A DNA stretch of 64,000 nt from a virus (Duplodnaviria > Caudoviricetes), in IMG/VR virus record IMGVR_UViG_3300005326_000040, positions 160,001 through 224,000 of that record; one strand, given 5' to 3'. The notes beneath the pieces were generated by a model. The model saw nothing but the letters and a program-made list of their open reading frames with translations. It was not told where the DNA came from and did no database searches. Shown here piece by piece: positions 7,391 to 17,211 of the stretch; position 1 is the first letter of the stretch, and every line of letters starts with the position of its first letter. Made by a program: the position numbers and the translations under genes.

Positions 7391-7842
7391 AAACGCACAC
7401 TCAAAATAAACACACGCGTGTTGTTCAATGTAATCCAAGTCAATTTGGAAATACAACTGCCGCAAAAAGGTTTGTTGAAATCCTACTAGAAATTGGAAAT
7501 CCTATTTTGATTAGGAACGTGAATACTTTTTATCACAAAGTCAATATTGAATTTGGATATATTTTTGACGCGCTCAAAATTAAATTTCCTAAAGGAATGC
7601 TTGCTGTAAAAATGAATCCTGACCATAGCGGATACAGAGAAAAGATTCTGTATATGGTCAAGAAAGAAAAACTGCAAGCAATCGATCGAGAACCAAATTG
7701 GCCTGACATTGTGAAATCATTTATGAAAAACATAGTCGATACTAATTTCAAGAAACGCATAAAGGAAATGGACAAACCTGATAATCTAGATGTAGAGCAT
7801 CTAAAGTATCAGTTTGAAACCCATCATAACCAGAAAGCTTAG
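7387..7842 (+). CDS. hypothetical protein
   Basis: 151-aa ORF coupled to GT gene. Confidence 0.7.
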   Translation: MKTHTQNKHTRVVQCNPSQFGNTTAAKRFVEILLEIGNPILIRNVNTFYHKVNIEFGYIFDALKIKFPKGMLAVKMNPDHSGYREKILYMVKKEKLQAIDREPNWPDIVKSFMKNIVDTNFKKRIKEMDKPDNLDVEHLKYQFETHHNQKA

Positions 7843-7847
7843 TAACA

Positions 7848-8309
7848 ATGTATCGGCGGCAAGATCCTGAAATATGGATCTCGAAAGATAATCTAGTCGA
7901 TAGAAAACTCTATCGAGTAATGGCTAGGAATTTTTCTATTGCTGTTTGTCGCAAAGACAGTTGGGGATTTATTGGACGGCGGGAGAAGTTTGGCAAAGTA
8001 TTTCCATTTGAAGAATACCATTGGGATAACAAATACTTTGCTACTGTAAAACCGCTAGAAGAACTACCGGAAACATTACCTGAAAACATCTTAAATGAGG
8101 AGTATATTTGCCGCTGCAAGAATTGTAATGTTATCTTGGTGCCAAAACGCGGTGATATCATGTCAGATCATACACGCGTTCACGCAGAAGATACATCTTG
8201 TTCTAAGCCCGAATGCGAAAAATCCATTCTAAATCTAGCGCTTCTTGATTGGCTGACCGACATGGAAGAGAAGTATTCAACGGCAACAATTGACAGTTGG
8301 AAAGACTAA
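7848..8309 (+). CDS. hypothetical phage protein
   Basis: 153-aa ORF; ARNF..GFIGRREKFG..EEYHWD segment. Confidence 0.7.
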   Translation: MYRRQDPEIWISKDNLVDRKLYRVMARNFSIAVCRKDSWGFIGRREKFGKVFPFEEYHWDNKYFATVKPLEELPETLPENILNEEYICRCKNCNVILVPKRGDIMSDHTRVHAEDTSCSKPECEKSILNLALLDWLTDMEEKYSTATIDSWKD

Positions 8310-8782
8310 GGTTTATCATGGGCTCTAGTAATCGATGGCTTGTTGATGTTAATGTGACTGACCAAGATACGGTCAATAAGATTATTGAAAAGGGCAGACA
8401 AATTGACAAAGGAAACGAACATTGGGATTCATATGTGTTCCGCAAGTGGTGCGAATCCACCAAATGGGACCCAACAGATTTGCTGGTGTTGATTTCAAAA
8501 GAATTTCCAACTGTAATTTTCTCCGCCAACTATCGAGGAGATTATGGTTCTGGAAAGATTTTCATTTTCAACGGAGAACAGATTGAGGAATATGAAGTTT
8601 GGGCTCATCCTTCGTTTCCCACCACTGTTAAGCTCAAAGTCGCGTTGAAGAACAAGAAGGTAAGAGATAAGATTCAACGTGAGCGAAATGAAAAGAGGGC
8701 GGCGGAAGAGCGCGAAGCGAGCCGACGACGGGAAATTGAAGCAACTGAAAAGAAACTTCGCGAACTGAAAAGGGTAAAATGA
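8297..8782 (+). CDS. hypothetical protein with C-terminal coiled coil
   Basis: 161-aa ORF (start may be ATG 8318). Confidence 0.7.
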   Translation: MERLRFIMGSSNRWLVDVNVTDQDTVNKIIEKGRQIDKGNEHWDSYVFRKWCESTKWDPTDLLVLISKEFPTVIFSANYRGDYGSGKIFIFNGEQIEEYEVWAHPSFPTTVKLKVALKNKKVRDKIQRERNEKRAAEEREASRRREIEATEKKLRELKRVK

Positions 8783-9066
8783 AAGCAGACCCTTTTCTGC
8801 TTTTTATTCTTTTAGGTATCTGTGCGGCGTCTGTATACATTGGATACGCTATAGACCCTTTTCGTAAAGAGATTCAAGAACAGCCAAGCGTTAGCTACCA
8901 AGAATTTCGTGCTTTGCAACAACAAGTGGCTGATAATAAAGCGGAATTTTTTGCCTTTCAAAATTTTGCTGTTGAAACATTATTGGTTCATTGGGGCAAA
9001 CAAGAAGTAACTACAGATTATATGCATCAATGTAAGTGTCAAAGCACATCGGTTGAGGTCAAATAA
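8779..9066 (+). CDS. membrane-anchored hypothetical protein
   Basis: N-terminal hydrophobic helix, ATGA overlap. Confidence 0.65.
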   Translation: MKADPFLLFILLGICAASVYIGYAIDPFRKEIQEQPSVSYQEFRALQQQVADNKAEFFAFQNFAVETLLVHWGKQEVTTDYMHQCKCQSTSVEVK

Positions 9067-9077
9067 ATGTAAAAAGG

Positions 9078-10190
9078 ATGGTTCTAATGGATGGCTCATT
9101 GTCCCAAAAAAAGTTACCAACGTATATTTTCGGAATATATCGCAATGGAATTGGGGAAGAAGCAGTTTTTCTTTTCCGAAAAAAGAGTAAACCAACTGAT
9201 GAGCTTCTGCGTGTTTTGGAAACCGCTCTTGCGGTGAATGAATATACTGGCAGGCCAGAAGAAGCTCAAAAGCAAATGAACGCTTTGGCAGCTGCGCACA
9301 ACTGCAAATCGAGAGCTATCGTATGTCATAGCGACGTTGCTCCTGAGCCGATTTCTGTTCCGCAGAGAACGTCTATTGTTCTTCCTTATGTTCCACCAGC
9401 AACTGACCTTCAGCCTGGAGATGTAATCGTCCACTCAGACGGAGAAGGTCATCATCTTGGTGTATACCTAGGGCAAGTTGAAACAAAGGGCTGCGTTCTA
9501 TTTTGCACTTCTAGTAATGAATGGAATCCTAAAGCCAGGAAGGTTACAAGAGACGAATTAATTTTACTTGGAAAACCAGACGGAGCAATCAGTCGAGGAA
9601 CATATTTTGCCCCTGTGATGAGACCTCTTAGAGATTTGTTTAGGAAAGGTTATAGCTTTCCAGAGCACAGGGTAATTGATTTGATGAAAGAATTTTTTCC
9701 AAGTTTGAAATGTTCACCAAGAGCAAACTCAAATCTGCTTGCGCCTATTCCTTTTGAAATTAAGTTTGTTAAGTTTGATAAGCCGCCTGAACATAAGATA
9801 ATTCCAAAGCCTGAGAGTTCTTTTGTTCAGGGCGATATTGTTTTTTACGGAAGGAAAAACGGTGTAAAACGTTTGAGTATTTTCTTGGATAAGTTCAAGC
9901 ACGCCAATCCAAATGAAACAGGCGCAGAAAAAGCTTACATAGCAACATGTGTTAATACCTCGAAGGAACTTGACGACCCAAGATGGAGGAAATTAACACA
10001 AGCTGAACTTGAATGGTTGCATCTTATCGACAGTGACATTACAGAAGATACAATCATTTGTCCCGCTGTAAAGAAAACTAGCTTTCTGACGGGAACAGGA
10101 TATAGCTTTGTTCGCGAAGAAGCTAGTAAGTTATTTGTAGAATTCTTTCCAGAGATAGTAGATAAATTATCCAAGGAAAACAACCAATGA
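9078..10190 (+). CDS. protein with two tandem PemK/MazF-like (SH3-barrel) repeats
   Basis: Internal duplication GD(V/I)...C-x-x-(T)S..E...P..RK.T..EL..L...P...GYSF....L..EFFP at ~9405-9707 and ~9819-10158. Confidence 0.5.
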   Translation: MVLMDGSLSQKKLPTYIFGIYRNGIGEEAVFLFRKKSKPTDELLRVLETALAVNEYTGRPEEAQKQMNALAAAHNCKSRAIVCHSDVAPEPISVPQRTSIVLPYVPPATDLQPGDVIVHSDGEGHHLGVYLGQVETKGCVLFCTSSNEWNPKARKVTRDELILLGKPDGAISRGTYFAPVMRPLRDLFRKGYSFPEHRVIDLMKEFFPSLKCSPRANSNLLAPIPFEIKFVKFDKPPEHKIIPKPESSFVQGDIVFYGRKNGVKRLSIFLDKFKHANPNETGAEKAYIATCVNTSKELDDPRWRKLTQAELEWLHLIDSDITEDTIICPAVKKTSFLTGTGYSFVREEASKLFVEFFPEIVDKLSKENNQ

Positions 10191-10732
10191 CCATTTGGTT
10201 TAGTTCTGACCATCATTTGTTTCATTCAGCGGTGATTAAATATTGCGACCGTCCATTTTCCTGCGCCCAGGAGATGTATGATATTCTGCTAGAGAATCAT
10301 AACACGCTCGTAAAACCAACAGATCAAGTATATTTCTTAGGTGATTTTGCTTTCAACTTACGTGATGATTCTCTTGAGAAAGCGTTTCGAGCATTCCATG
10401 GTAACAAACACTTTATCTTGGGAAATCACGACAAGAAAAAGCAAATAGAAAAGATAGCGAAACGCGGGGCAATCAATTGGGTAAAGGAAGTATACGGGCT
10501 AAAGGTAGATAAACACTATCTTTGGCTGAGTCATTATCCACATAGAAGCTGGAACAAATCATCTCATGGTTCGTTTCATCTTTTTGGACATTCTCACGGC
10601 GGCTTTGAAGATTATGGTTTATCTACTGACGTAGGTGTGGATGCGTGGAATTATCGCCCTGTTTCTTTTGAAATGATTCTTGAGCGATTCAAAAACAAAC
10701 AACCATTAAAGGTTATGCATGCCCAAAACTAG
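10187..10732 (+). CDS. calcineurin-like metallophosphoesterase
   Basis: SDHHLFH, LGDFA, GNHD, LSHYP, HLFGHSHG motifs. Confidence 0.92.
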   Translation: MTIWFSSDHHLFHSAVIKYCDRPFSCAQEMYDILLENHNTLVKPTDQVYFLGDFAFNLRDDSLEKAFRAFHGNKHFILGNHDKKKQIEKIAKRGAINWVKEVYGLKVDKHYLWLSHYPHRSWNKSSHGSFHLFGHSHGGFEDYGLSTDVGVDAWNYRPVSFEMILERFKNKQPLKVMHAQN

Positions 10733-11063
10733 AGTTGTTATATGCATTCCTGAAAAACCTCCGAAAGTTGATGATGTTACTTTAACGACAACCAATGTTA
10801 AATTGATACTAGGCACTCAGAGATATGTGTCTTACCATCGTGCGCAAGTAATTTTGGGTTTCAAATCTATATTTGGGATTTATGGCAATGATTGGATTAT
10901 TAATGTTGACCCACCGCCCGCAAACTATAAGGATTTCTTGCTTGGCGTTAAAGGCCCGTTTATTATTACGGAATTAAATTTCAACAACCTACGATGCTAT
11001 CAAATTACACAAATCTTTAATCGTTTTGAAGAATGGGATAAGATAGTAAAAAGCAGGTCTTAG
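10719..11063 (+). CDS. DUF3846-like paralog 1
   Basis: RVVICIPEKPPKVDD...NLRCYQITQIF. Confidence 0.6.
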   Translation: MPKTRVVICIPEKPPKVDDVTLTTTNVKLILGTQRYVSYHRAQVILGFKSIFGIYGNDWIINVDPPPANYKDFLLGVKGPFIITELNFNNLRCYQITQIFNRFEEWDKIVKSRS

Positions 11064-11450
11064 ATGAGTAGAGTAGCATATGGACGGGTTCGGGTAGTTT
11101 CATGTAAACCAAATGAGCCACCAAAGGTAATCGATATCAAAAATAGCTCAAAAAGAATGCAAGAACATTTGCTAGGACAGTATGTCTTTTTACCGAGAGG
11201 AAGACTTTTTATAAACAGAAGCATTTGTATTATCTGCAACCATCGAGAAAATCGTTATGAAATAGATGGGCGCGAATGGCCACCTGGGCACAGAAACAAT
11301 AACGTGTTCAATTCTAACGGCATAATTATCATCTGTAAAGTGATTGACGGTATGTTTACCTCATTAACGTGCAACGAAATTCAAGATGTTTTTACCGTAA
11401 TTGAAAAAAATAAAACCGAAACCAAGACAATTACGGTTGAAGCGGTTTGA
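11064..11450 (+). CDS. DUF3846-like paralog 2
   Basis: RVVSCKPNEPPKVIDIKN...SLTCNEIQDVF. Confidence 0.65.
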   Translation: MSRVAYGRVRVVSCKPNEPPKVIDIKNSSKRMQEHLLGQYVFLPRGRLFINRSICIICNHRENRYEIDGREWPPGHRNNNVFNSNGIIIICKVIDGMFTSLTCNEIQDVFTVIEKNKTETKTITVEAV

Positions 11451-11475
11451 CAAAGAAACCGAGGCGAGCTATCAT
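11447..11475 (+). promoter_or_regulatory. sigma70-type promoter facing a minus-strand ORF
   Basis: TTGACA-17 nt-TATCAT. Confidence 0.55.
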
Positions 11476-11663
11476 CGGTTTCGTAAGGCTTTGCATACGT
11501 TGTCGTACATTGTGTCTACTTCTAGAACGCTTGTTTCGAGTTTGGATACAGAAAGGTGATACGCAATAACTCCCATGATTTCGCGTTCCCATATTTGGGA
11601 ATGATGTTTCAGTTCTTCAATAGCTTTGCGTTCTATTTCAGCAAGTTTTTCATTGCGGTCCAT
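11472..11663 (-). CDS. small hypothetical protein
   Basis: Probable start MDRNEK at 11663 avoids overlap with 11694 gene. Confidence 0.45.
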   Translation of the reverse strand: MDRNEKLAEIERKAIEELKHHSQIWEREIMGVIAYHLSVSKLETSVLEVDTMYDNVCKALRNR

Positions 11664-11693
11664 ACATAAATACAAAACTAGAAATAGAAAAAC

Positions 11694-11993
11694 ATGAATC
11701 CACAAATGCTTCTCACTGGTCATAAAATAACTTCCTCTGCCCGCGAGTTATGGATTGAACAAGATTTTGTTGGGGCCATTGAATTTCTAAATGGATGCGT
11801 AGAAATGTCCGAGCGCGCAGCGATTGAAGTTTGTATCGGGCGTTCGAAACTAGAAGGCAACTCGTATTCCGGATATAAACTTGTCGCCGATTATAGTAAC
11901 AATTGGTGTGGTGTGAAGTTGCTTGGGATTGTGGAAGCGTTTCGTTCAGCCACAGCAAGCGTTACTTGGATGGGGTCAGCCAGTCACGATTAA
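11694..11993 (+). CDS. hypothetical protein
   Basis: 99-aa ORF. Confidence 0.6.
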   Translation: MNPQMLLTGHKITSSARELWIEQDFVGAIEFLNGCVEMSERAAIEVCIGRSKLEGNSYSGYKLVADYSNNWCGVKLLGIVEAFRSATASVTWMGSASHD

Positions 11994-12055
11994 ATTTTAT
12001 CAAGCAATGAATATCGGTGGATAAAAAAGAACACTAAACAATAGGAGAACAAGAA

Positions 12056-12268
12056 GTGCCCTGGAAGACAATTGATGAGGAGCGACGGAAGGAAGTAATT
12101 TCTATATTGCGCGCAAATATGGAAAAGCAATTACAAAAGATATCTTACTTAATGTCGCAACCTTACCCGTCGTTACATAAAATGGAAAAAGAAAAAGCTC
12201 AAGGTCTTTTAGAGGCTTATAAAGAAGCAATTGATACTCTTTCAGAGAATGTTTCGGTATCATCTTAG
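12056..12268 (+). CDS. hypothetical protein
   Basis: AGGAG RBS, GTG start, 70 aa. Confidence 0.7.
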   Translation: MPWKTIDEERRKEVISILRANMEKQLQKISYLMSQPYPSLHKMEKEKAQGLLEAYKEAIDTLSENVSVSS

Positions 12269-12396
12269 GAGGTTAGACCATGATGACCTTACAGTATTGG
12301 CTCAAGAAAATTGCGTGTATTTGTGTCTTTTTTGTTTGTGGTTTTATTTGTGGAGAATTCGATTTTTGTAAGGATGATTTGCCCGGAGAATGCTAG

Positions 12397-12798
12397 ATGA
12401 CAAAGCCGTCTATTGCTTGTAGCCCCCTACAAAATGGGACATATAGGTTTGCGTCAAAACCTTACAAGTATCTAGCGCATAATAGTAAAGGGTTTTTTAA
12501 TGAACATTTAGCTTCAACGATAAGTATTGAATCAAAACAAATGTTTATTGCAAGAATAGACGATAATTTAATGCGCACTATTATTAGCGTTGCTAATCGT
12601 TACGGCAGCCCTATACGTTACAATATTGATATTGTAGATAATGTTGCTTTCAAATCTTTTAGGGACGAGAATAATTGGATAGAAGTTGCAATTGCTTTAG
12701 AACATTTTTGTGCTCAAATAGAATGTCAACGAAAGCAAATGGAGATTTTCTGCAAAGAAATATCAGAACGCAATATGCAGAAAAAATATCAATGGTGA
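12397..12798 (+). CDS. hypothetical protein
   Basis: 133-aa ORF. Confidence 0.65.
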   Translation: MTKPSIACSPLQNGTYRFASKPYKYLAHNSKGFFNEHLASTISIESKQMFIARIDDNLMRTIISVANRYGSPIRYNIDIVDNVAFKSFRDENNWIEVAIALEHFCAQIECQRKQMEIFCKEISERNMQKKYQW

Positions 12799-12957
12799 TA
12801 ATCAATAATGGATTTTTCTGATTTCAAAAACAAGGAAGATGAAATAGAAATCAACGTCATTGATGTTGATTTTAATCTTGCGAAAGACCTCGAACAAATA
12901 ATCAAAGAAATTTATGCGGGGCTTCAAGTTCCAGAAGAATATCTTACAAAGGATTAA

Positions 12958-13401
12958 ATGAAAAACATAGGAGATATTGCAGATTCTTTATCGCAGATTG
13001 CGAATATTCTTTATCAATATCCGAGACTTCTGAAAGAGATTGAGAGTCTGCGGGGGCAAGTTAAATTGATGAGGAATCTTCTTGCGCTTTATGATTTGAA
13101 AAAGATTTACCCGCATGATGTTGAGCTTACCAAAACGATAGAATCATATCATAAGCAATATTGCAATAGAGTACTAGGGCAAACACCTGGATACTTACTG
13201 CCTCCTGGGTTTGGTTTGACAGAAGAAGAGTTTCTTAAGATTGCTAAACGGAATGTTTCTGAAAAGTCTTTTTTCTTACTTCAGGAATTTGCTGCAAAAA
13301 AGAAGAAAACACTCCCAGAAGCATTTGACGAAATGAAATCTGAAGAAATAACAATGGTCGATACGCCTAACGCTCGTAGGAAAACAGAGGATGGAAAATA
13401 G
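12958..13401 (+). CDS. hypothetical protein
   Basis: 147-aa ORF, AAGGA RBS. Confidence 0.7.
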   Translation: MKNIGDIADSLSQIANILYQYPRLLKEIESLRGQVKLMRNLLALYDLKKIYPHDVELTKTIESYHKQYCNRVLGQTPGYLLPPGFGLTEEEFLKIAKRNVSEKSFFLLQEFAAKKKKTLPEAFDEMKSEEITMVDTPNARRKTEDGK

Positions 13402-13615
13402 AATTACGCCCTGGTTAGTAAAGCTAATTCAATCTATTCCTTTTTTCCAACCAAAAGATAAGCTACAGCCAATCGATACCAATTCCCGATTGGCGCAGAT
13501 GTGTAAAGATATCCCTCCTGTAATCCCTGGGAAAATTTATTCTATTGATGATTTGAACAAAGCTTTAGAACATTTGAACGATTGTCCTTTTACTGAAAAA
13601 AATAAAAATGAATGA
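13391..13615 (+). CDS. hypothetical protein
   Basis: 74-aa ORF, GAGG RBS. Confidence 0.65.
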   Translation: MENRITPWLVKLIQSIPFFQPKDKLQPIDTNSRLAQMCKDIPPVIPGKIYSIDDLNKALEHLNDCPFTEKNKNE

Positions 13616-13892
13616 CATCGAGAAGAAGTTGTGCCCGACTTGTAATGGTAGCGGGGAAGGACAGGTAGCTGGCAAGTGGTGTAATCATTGTTGTGGTAAA
13701 GGGTATGAGTTGTCAGGGGAAATGAAGACGGTTCAAGTAGAATTTATGGATGGGACCATCTTGATGCCCGCCCCTGTAGAATTGACCGAGGAAGAAGCAG
13801 TAACTATTATCCAAGCAAGCCTGAAAAGCCTTGTAGAGAACTTCTTGCCACCCGAAGAGATTAGAAATTTTAAGAAGTTTGAAAGCAACTAA
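13608..13892 (+). CDS. protein with DnaJ-type Zn-finger repeat
   Basis: CPTCNGSG...CNHCCGKG (CxxCxGxG twice). Confidence 0.7.
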   Translation: MNDIEKKLCPTCNGSGEGQVAGKWCNHCCGKGYELSGEMKTVQVEFMDGTILMPAPVELTEEEAVTIIQASLKSLVENFLPPEEIRNFKKFESN

Positions 13893-13894
13893 GC

Positions 13895-14260
13895 GTGGAA
13901 AAATATGCTTATCATTTGACTTATATTCACAGGTTACCTTCAATAGCAAAAATTGGGCTTGTTCCTGGCAATACTCTTGGTCTAGATGGCAAATGGGATG
14001 TCGTTTGGTTTTGTGATAATTATTTTGACTATGAAGTCGTTGACGCACAAAGAGATGTTAAAATAAGATTTCCGTGGCCCTCTGGTGAAATACAAAAACA
14101 TAGCATAAGTGATTTTGGTTCAACAAGAATAGAGTATTCTGTTGAAGGAATCATCCCAGCTAATAATATTGAAGTCTTGATAGGGTCCCGTTGGGTTAAT
14201 TTAATTGATGTTATTTTGTTTATAGAGAATTACAAAAATCCAATTATTCCAGATTATTAA
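13895..14260 (+). CDS. putative ADP-ribosyltransferase-fold protein (H-Y-E clade; DarT/KptA-like)
   Basis: YHLT...LPSI...GL, VWF, EY.V.G.IP..NIEV spacing typical of ART fold. Confidence 0.5.
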   Translation: MEKYAYHLTYIHRLPSIAKIGLVPGNTLGLDGKWDVVWFCDNYFDYEVVDAQRDVKIRFPWPSGEIQKHSISDFGSTRIEYSVEGIIPANNIEVLIGSRWVNLIDVILFIENYKNPIIPDY

Positions 14261-14445
14261 TGAGTGGCCAAATTATTACAATGAGAACGCTGAAGTACGC
14301 AGCGAGAAATCATCCTGAGAATCTTAGGAGACTGGCCTGCGCTCTGCATTTGAATATTGACGGAATGGGAAACATGCAAGTTGCAAAACTCATTTGGTGG
14401 CGTCTAAGGAAACTAAATCGCCCTGAGTTTTGTAATTGGGGATAG
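14260..14445 (+). CDS. hypothetical protein
   Basis: 61-aa ORF, TAATG overlap. Confidence 0.6.
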   Translation: MSGQIITMRTLKYAARNHPENLRRLACALHLNIDGMGNMQVAKLIWWRLRKLNRPEFCNWG

Positions 14446-14480
14446 TTGGAGCTATTCTAAGAATAATTGCTCATTTTTAT

Positions 14481-16043
14481 ATGAGCAAACCTAAAGGCAT
14501 TTTTACATCTAAATATTCTCAATATAAATATGGTGTTGGGCAAAGCGTTGATGAATTTATTGTTCCCAATCTTGATGCCGTTTCGTATTTGCCCGATGGC
14601 GGATTAAATGATGGTTGGACAATTTATGTTCAATCTATTAGAGCTTCATTCAAATTAGTTAAAGCCAGTACATTAACAGTAGATAACATCTCAGTGATGG
14701 CTACTAAAAGTGGTCTTGGCCGATGGCTTCGCGACACTAGTGAAATTGACCCTGTTTGGAAAGCTCAGCCTAACTGGTATGTTCATCCCACAAATGGTTC
14801 GGACGAAGCAACTGGAGCAGATGCAGACCATCCAATAAAAACTTTCAAAGAATGGTATCGTAGAACTGGCGGCACTGTGGAAGGTTTGACTATGACGCTT
14901 AATGTTATGACAAACATTCCATTAACGGATTCCTTCCCGTGCGTAGTTTCCATTAGAGAATATGGGAAGCTGCGCGTTGTTGGAACCAAAACAATTGCAG
15001 AGACTGGACAATTGTTAGGTTATACAGCACACAATTTTGCTAGCAATGCTAGTGCTCAAATATCGAAAAGCTCAGGTAACTGGGCAGCCCACGTCGGCAA
15101 ACTTGTACACATTGTTGAAAAAAATCTTTGGGTAAGAATTATAAAAGATCTTAACAATGGGTCTGCGACCGTTACCGTTCCTTATGGAATGACTAATGAA
15201 TATTCATCTGCCTATCTCAACTTTGTAGCAGGAACACCAGAGGCTGGCGATACTTATATTGTTTATGATTTGCCAACATTACCAATGTTAGTCGGTCTTG
15301 AAATACATGGTGATCAGAAGCGAGCAGCCACTGAAACTGAAACGTCTTTTGCAATGAAAGATGTCAGAATAACAACAGAAGCACCCACTGCTCAATTTAA
15401 AATGAGCAACACCACCATGTATACTGTTATGCTAAATCGGGTGGACATTCCAGGTGCCCAGTTTAATGGCTCAATATATTTCGCGTTTTGTCGTTCAGGA
15501 TATACTTCTTCGCCGTATATGACTGCTTGGGCAGACACCGCAATGACAACGTATTTGCGATGTCATTTACATACCGGCGGATATTTAACAACAATGGGCT
15601 CAAGTTATACATCGCAAGTTGTGTTGTGGGGAGTTGTTATTAGCGGAGGTTATCTTTGGGTAAGCGGTGGAACTAGCATAAGCGATAGTCTTGGTATGTT
15701 TGATGCTGCCAGTCCAATACGAATAGTGCATTCTGCTATATTAAATGTTTCATCAAACACATATGTTTATGGCAGCAACAATACGGGAACCGCAGTACAA
15801 GTTGAAGGTAAACTGACTGTGGCAGCAGCTAACATATCTAAGATAACAATTACGACCAACACTTCCGACGAACTACGAATTGGTGGTTCCGTAAATCTAT
15901 TGCCAGATATTACCGCATCTGCTGGCGCAGTTCTTCCGGCCGTTTCCGCTTGTGATACTTGGGCTAAATTGGCGGCTGCGCCATTCAATGGAAAAGCATT
16001 CAATTATTCCAACGGGGCATATATCGGCCCTAGCTTGCTCTAA
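14481..16043 (+). CDS. probable virion structural / tail-fibre-like beta-rich protein
   Basis: ~520 aa T/S/G/A-rich; WYVHPTNGSDEATGADADHPIKTF motif typical of beta-helix (pectin-lyase-like) protein N-termini. Confidence 0.55.
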   Translation: MSKPKGIFTSKYSQYKYGVGQSVDEFIVPNLDAVSYLPDGGLNDGWTIYVQSIRASFKLVKASTLTVDNISVMATKSGLGRWLRDTSEIDPVWKAQPNWYVHPTNGSDEATGADADHPIKTFKEWYRRTGGTVEGLTMTLNVMTNIPLTDSFPCVVSIREYGKLRVVGTKTIAETGQLLGYTAHNFASNASAQISKSSGNWAAHVGKLVHIVEKNLWVRIIKDLNNGSATVTVPYGMTNEYSSAYLNFVAGTPEAGDTYIVYDLPTLPMLVGLEIHGDQKRAATETETSFAMKDVRITTEAPTAQFKMSNTTMYTVMLNRVDIPGAQFNGSIYFAFCRSGYTSSPYMTAWADTAMTTYLRCHLHTGGYLTTMGSSYTSQVVLWGVVISGGYLWVSGGTSISDSLGMFDAASPIRIVHSAILNVSSNTYVYGSNNTGTAVQVEGKLTVAAANISKITITTNTSDELRIGGSVNLLPDITASAGAVLPAVSACDTWAKLAAAPFNGKAFNYSNGAYIGPSLL

Positions 16044-16064
16044 AAAAACAAAAGGAAAGTCATC

Positions 16065-16316
16065 ATGAGAACGACAACTTCTGAATGGTTTATTGACCTA
16101 CACGCAGAAGGCAGAGAAGATGTTTTGCATCTCTTGCACGAAGCAAGACAAACTCTTACGGATACTAAGTCTCATTCATCTGATAGTGTTAGTCTTCTCG
16201 CAAAGTTTATTTCCCATCTAGAAGAAGATCACGAAGAAGCAAAGCGACGAGAAGCGTTTGGGTACGTGCAGAAGCTTAGGAAGTCAGTGTCACGTTTTAT
16301 TGGCAAGAAGATGTAA
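16065..16316 (+). CDS. hypothetical protein
   Basis: AAGGA RBS, 83 aa. Confidence 0.7.
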   Translation: MRTTTSEWFIDLHAEGREDVLHLLHEARQTLTDTKSHSSDSVSLLAKFISHLEEDHEEAKRREAFGYVQKLRKSVSRFIGKKM

Positions 16317-16345
16317 AACAACTGTCTCTTAAAGGAGAATGAAAT

Positions 16346-16945
16346 ATGCTTTCAGTTCTTGCATATGTTGCTCTTGCGTTTTTCTTTATTGTTATGTATG
16401 GGTCTATCGGCAATATTATGTCGAGGCTTTATCAAAATGCTATTTTGCGCCTCGCTAATAATAAGCGCGGACTATTTACGTTTATTATGTTTCCACAGAA
16501 AACATTGTTTGTATCTCACAATGATATTTTGAAGGATATTAGAAACAATAGCTGTGGGCCAGAAGTTTTCAATGAATTTCCAGCTGTTTGCGCTGATGAC
16601 GTTAAGGTAAATAATAGCAGTGGATTGCGATCTTATGAAGTGATTGGCAGATATGATCGAAAAGATGTTGATGATTATTGGACAAAACATCGAATCACTA
16701 TGTCTTTTCTTTGGCCCGCCCGTTTTCTTATCAGCTTTCTTCAATTGCTAACATTTAGTGTAATCTTCCCGGTATTCATTTTGTATTATATCTTCAAAGG
16801 CATTGAAAAACTAATGAACAATCACGAGTATATTGCTGCTCGTATCAAGTATTTGTTTTCTCGCTCTATTAAAGATGGGGTAGATCCTAATTCACACCCT
16901 TATAGAAACAAGAATGTAGCCGTAGCCTCCAGCGAAAAACAATAA
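16346..16945 (+). CDS. membrane protein (2 TM)
   Basis: AAGGAG RBS; two hydrophobic segments. Confidence 0.75.
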   Translation: MLSVLAYVALAFFFIVMYGSIGNIMSRLYQNAILRLANNKRGLFTFIMFPQKTLFVSHNDILKDIRNNSCGPEVFNEFPAVCADDVKVNNSSGLRSYEVIGRYDRKDVDDYWTKHRITMSFLWPARFLISFLQLLTFSVIFPVFILYYIFKGIEKLMNNHEYIAARIKYLFSRSIKDGVDPNSHPYRNKNVAVASSEKQ

Positions 16946-16947
16946 AC

Positions 16948-17211
16948 ATGCGCTATATAATCCTCGTGATTTTTCTTCTGATCCAAACCGGCTGTTATTT
17001 TCCTTTTTCCGCGTTTCTAAAAGAACGGGAACAATGTGCAGATACAGCTACACCAAAACGAGCAGTTGAGCCGTTCGACAGCTATTGTCCTCATTCAAAT
17101 CATGTTGTAGCCAAGGAAGAGGATGGCGTTGTCTTTTGTAAGTGCTTGACCTCAAACAGTAAAAACGCAGCAATGGTTGGTTTAGAAGAGTTTCAACCCG
17201 AACCGATTTGA
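16948..17211 (+). CDS. putative lipoprotein
   Basis: MRYIILVIFLLIQTG-C lipobox-like signal, Cys-rich. Confidence 0.65.
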   Translation: MRYIILVIFLLIQTGCYFPFSAFLKEREQCADTATPKRAVEPFDSYCPHSNHVVAKEEDGVVFCKCLTSNSKNAAMVGLEEFQPEPI

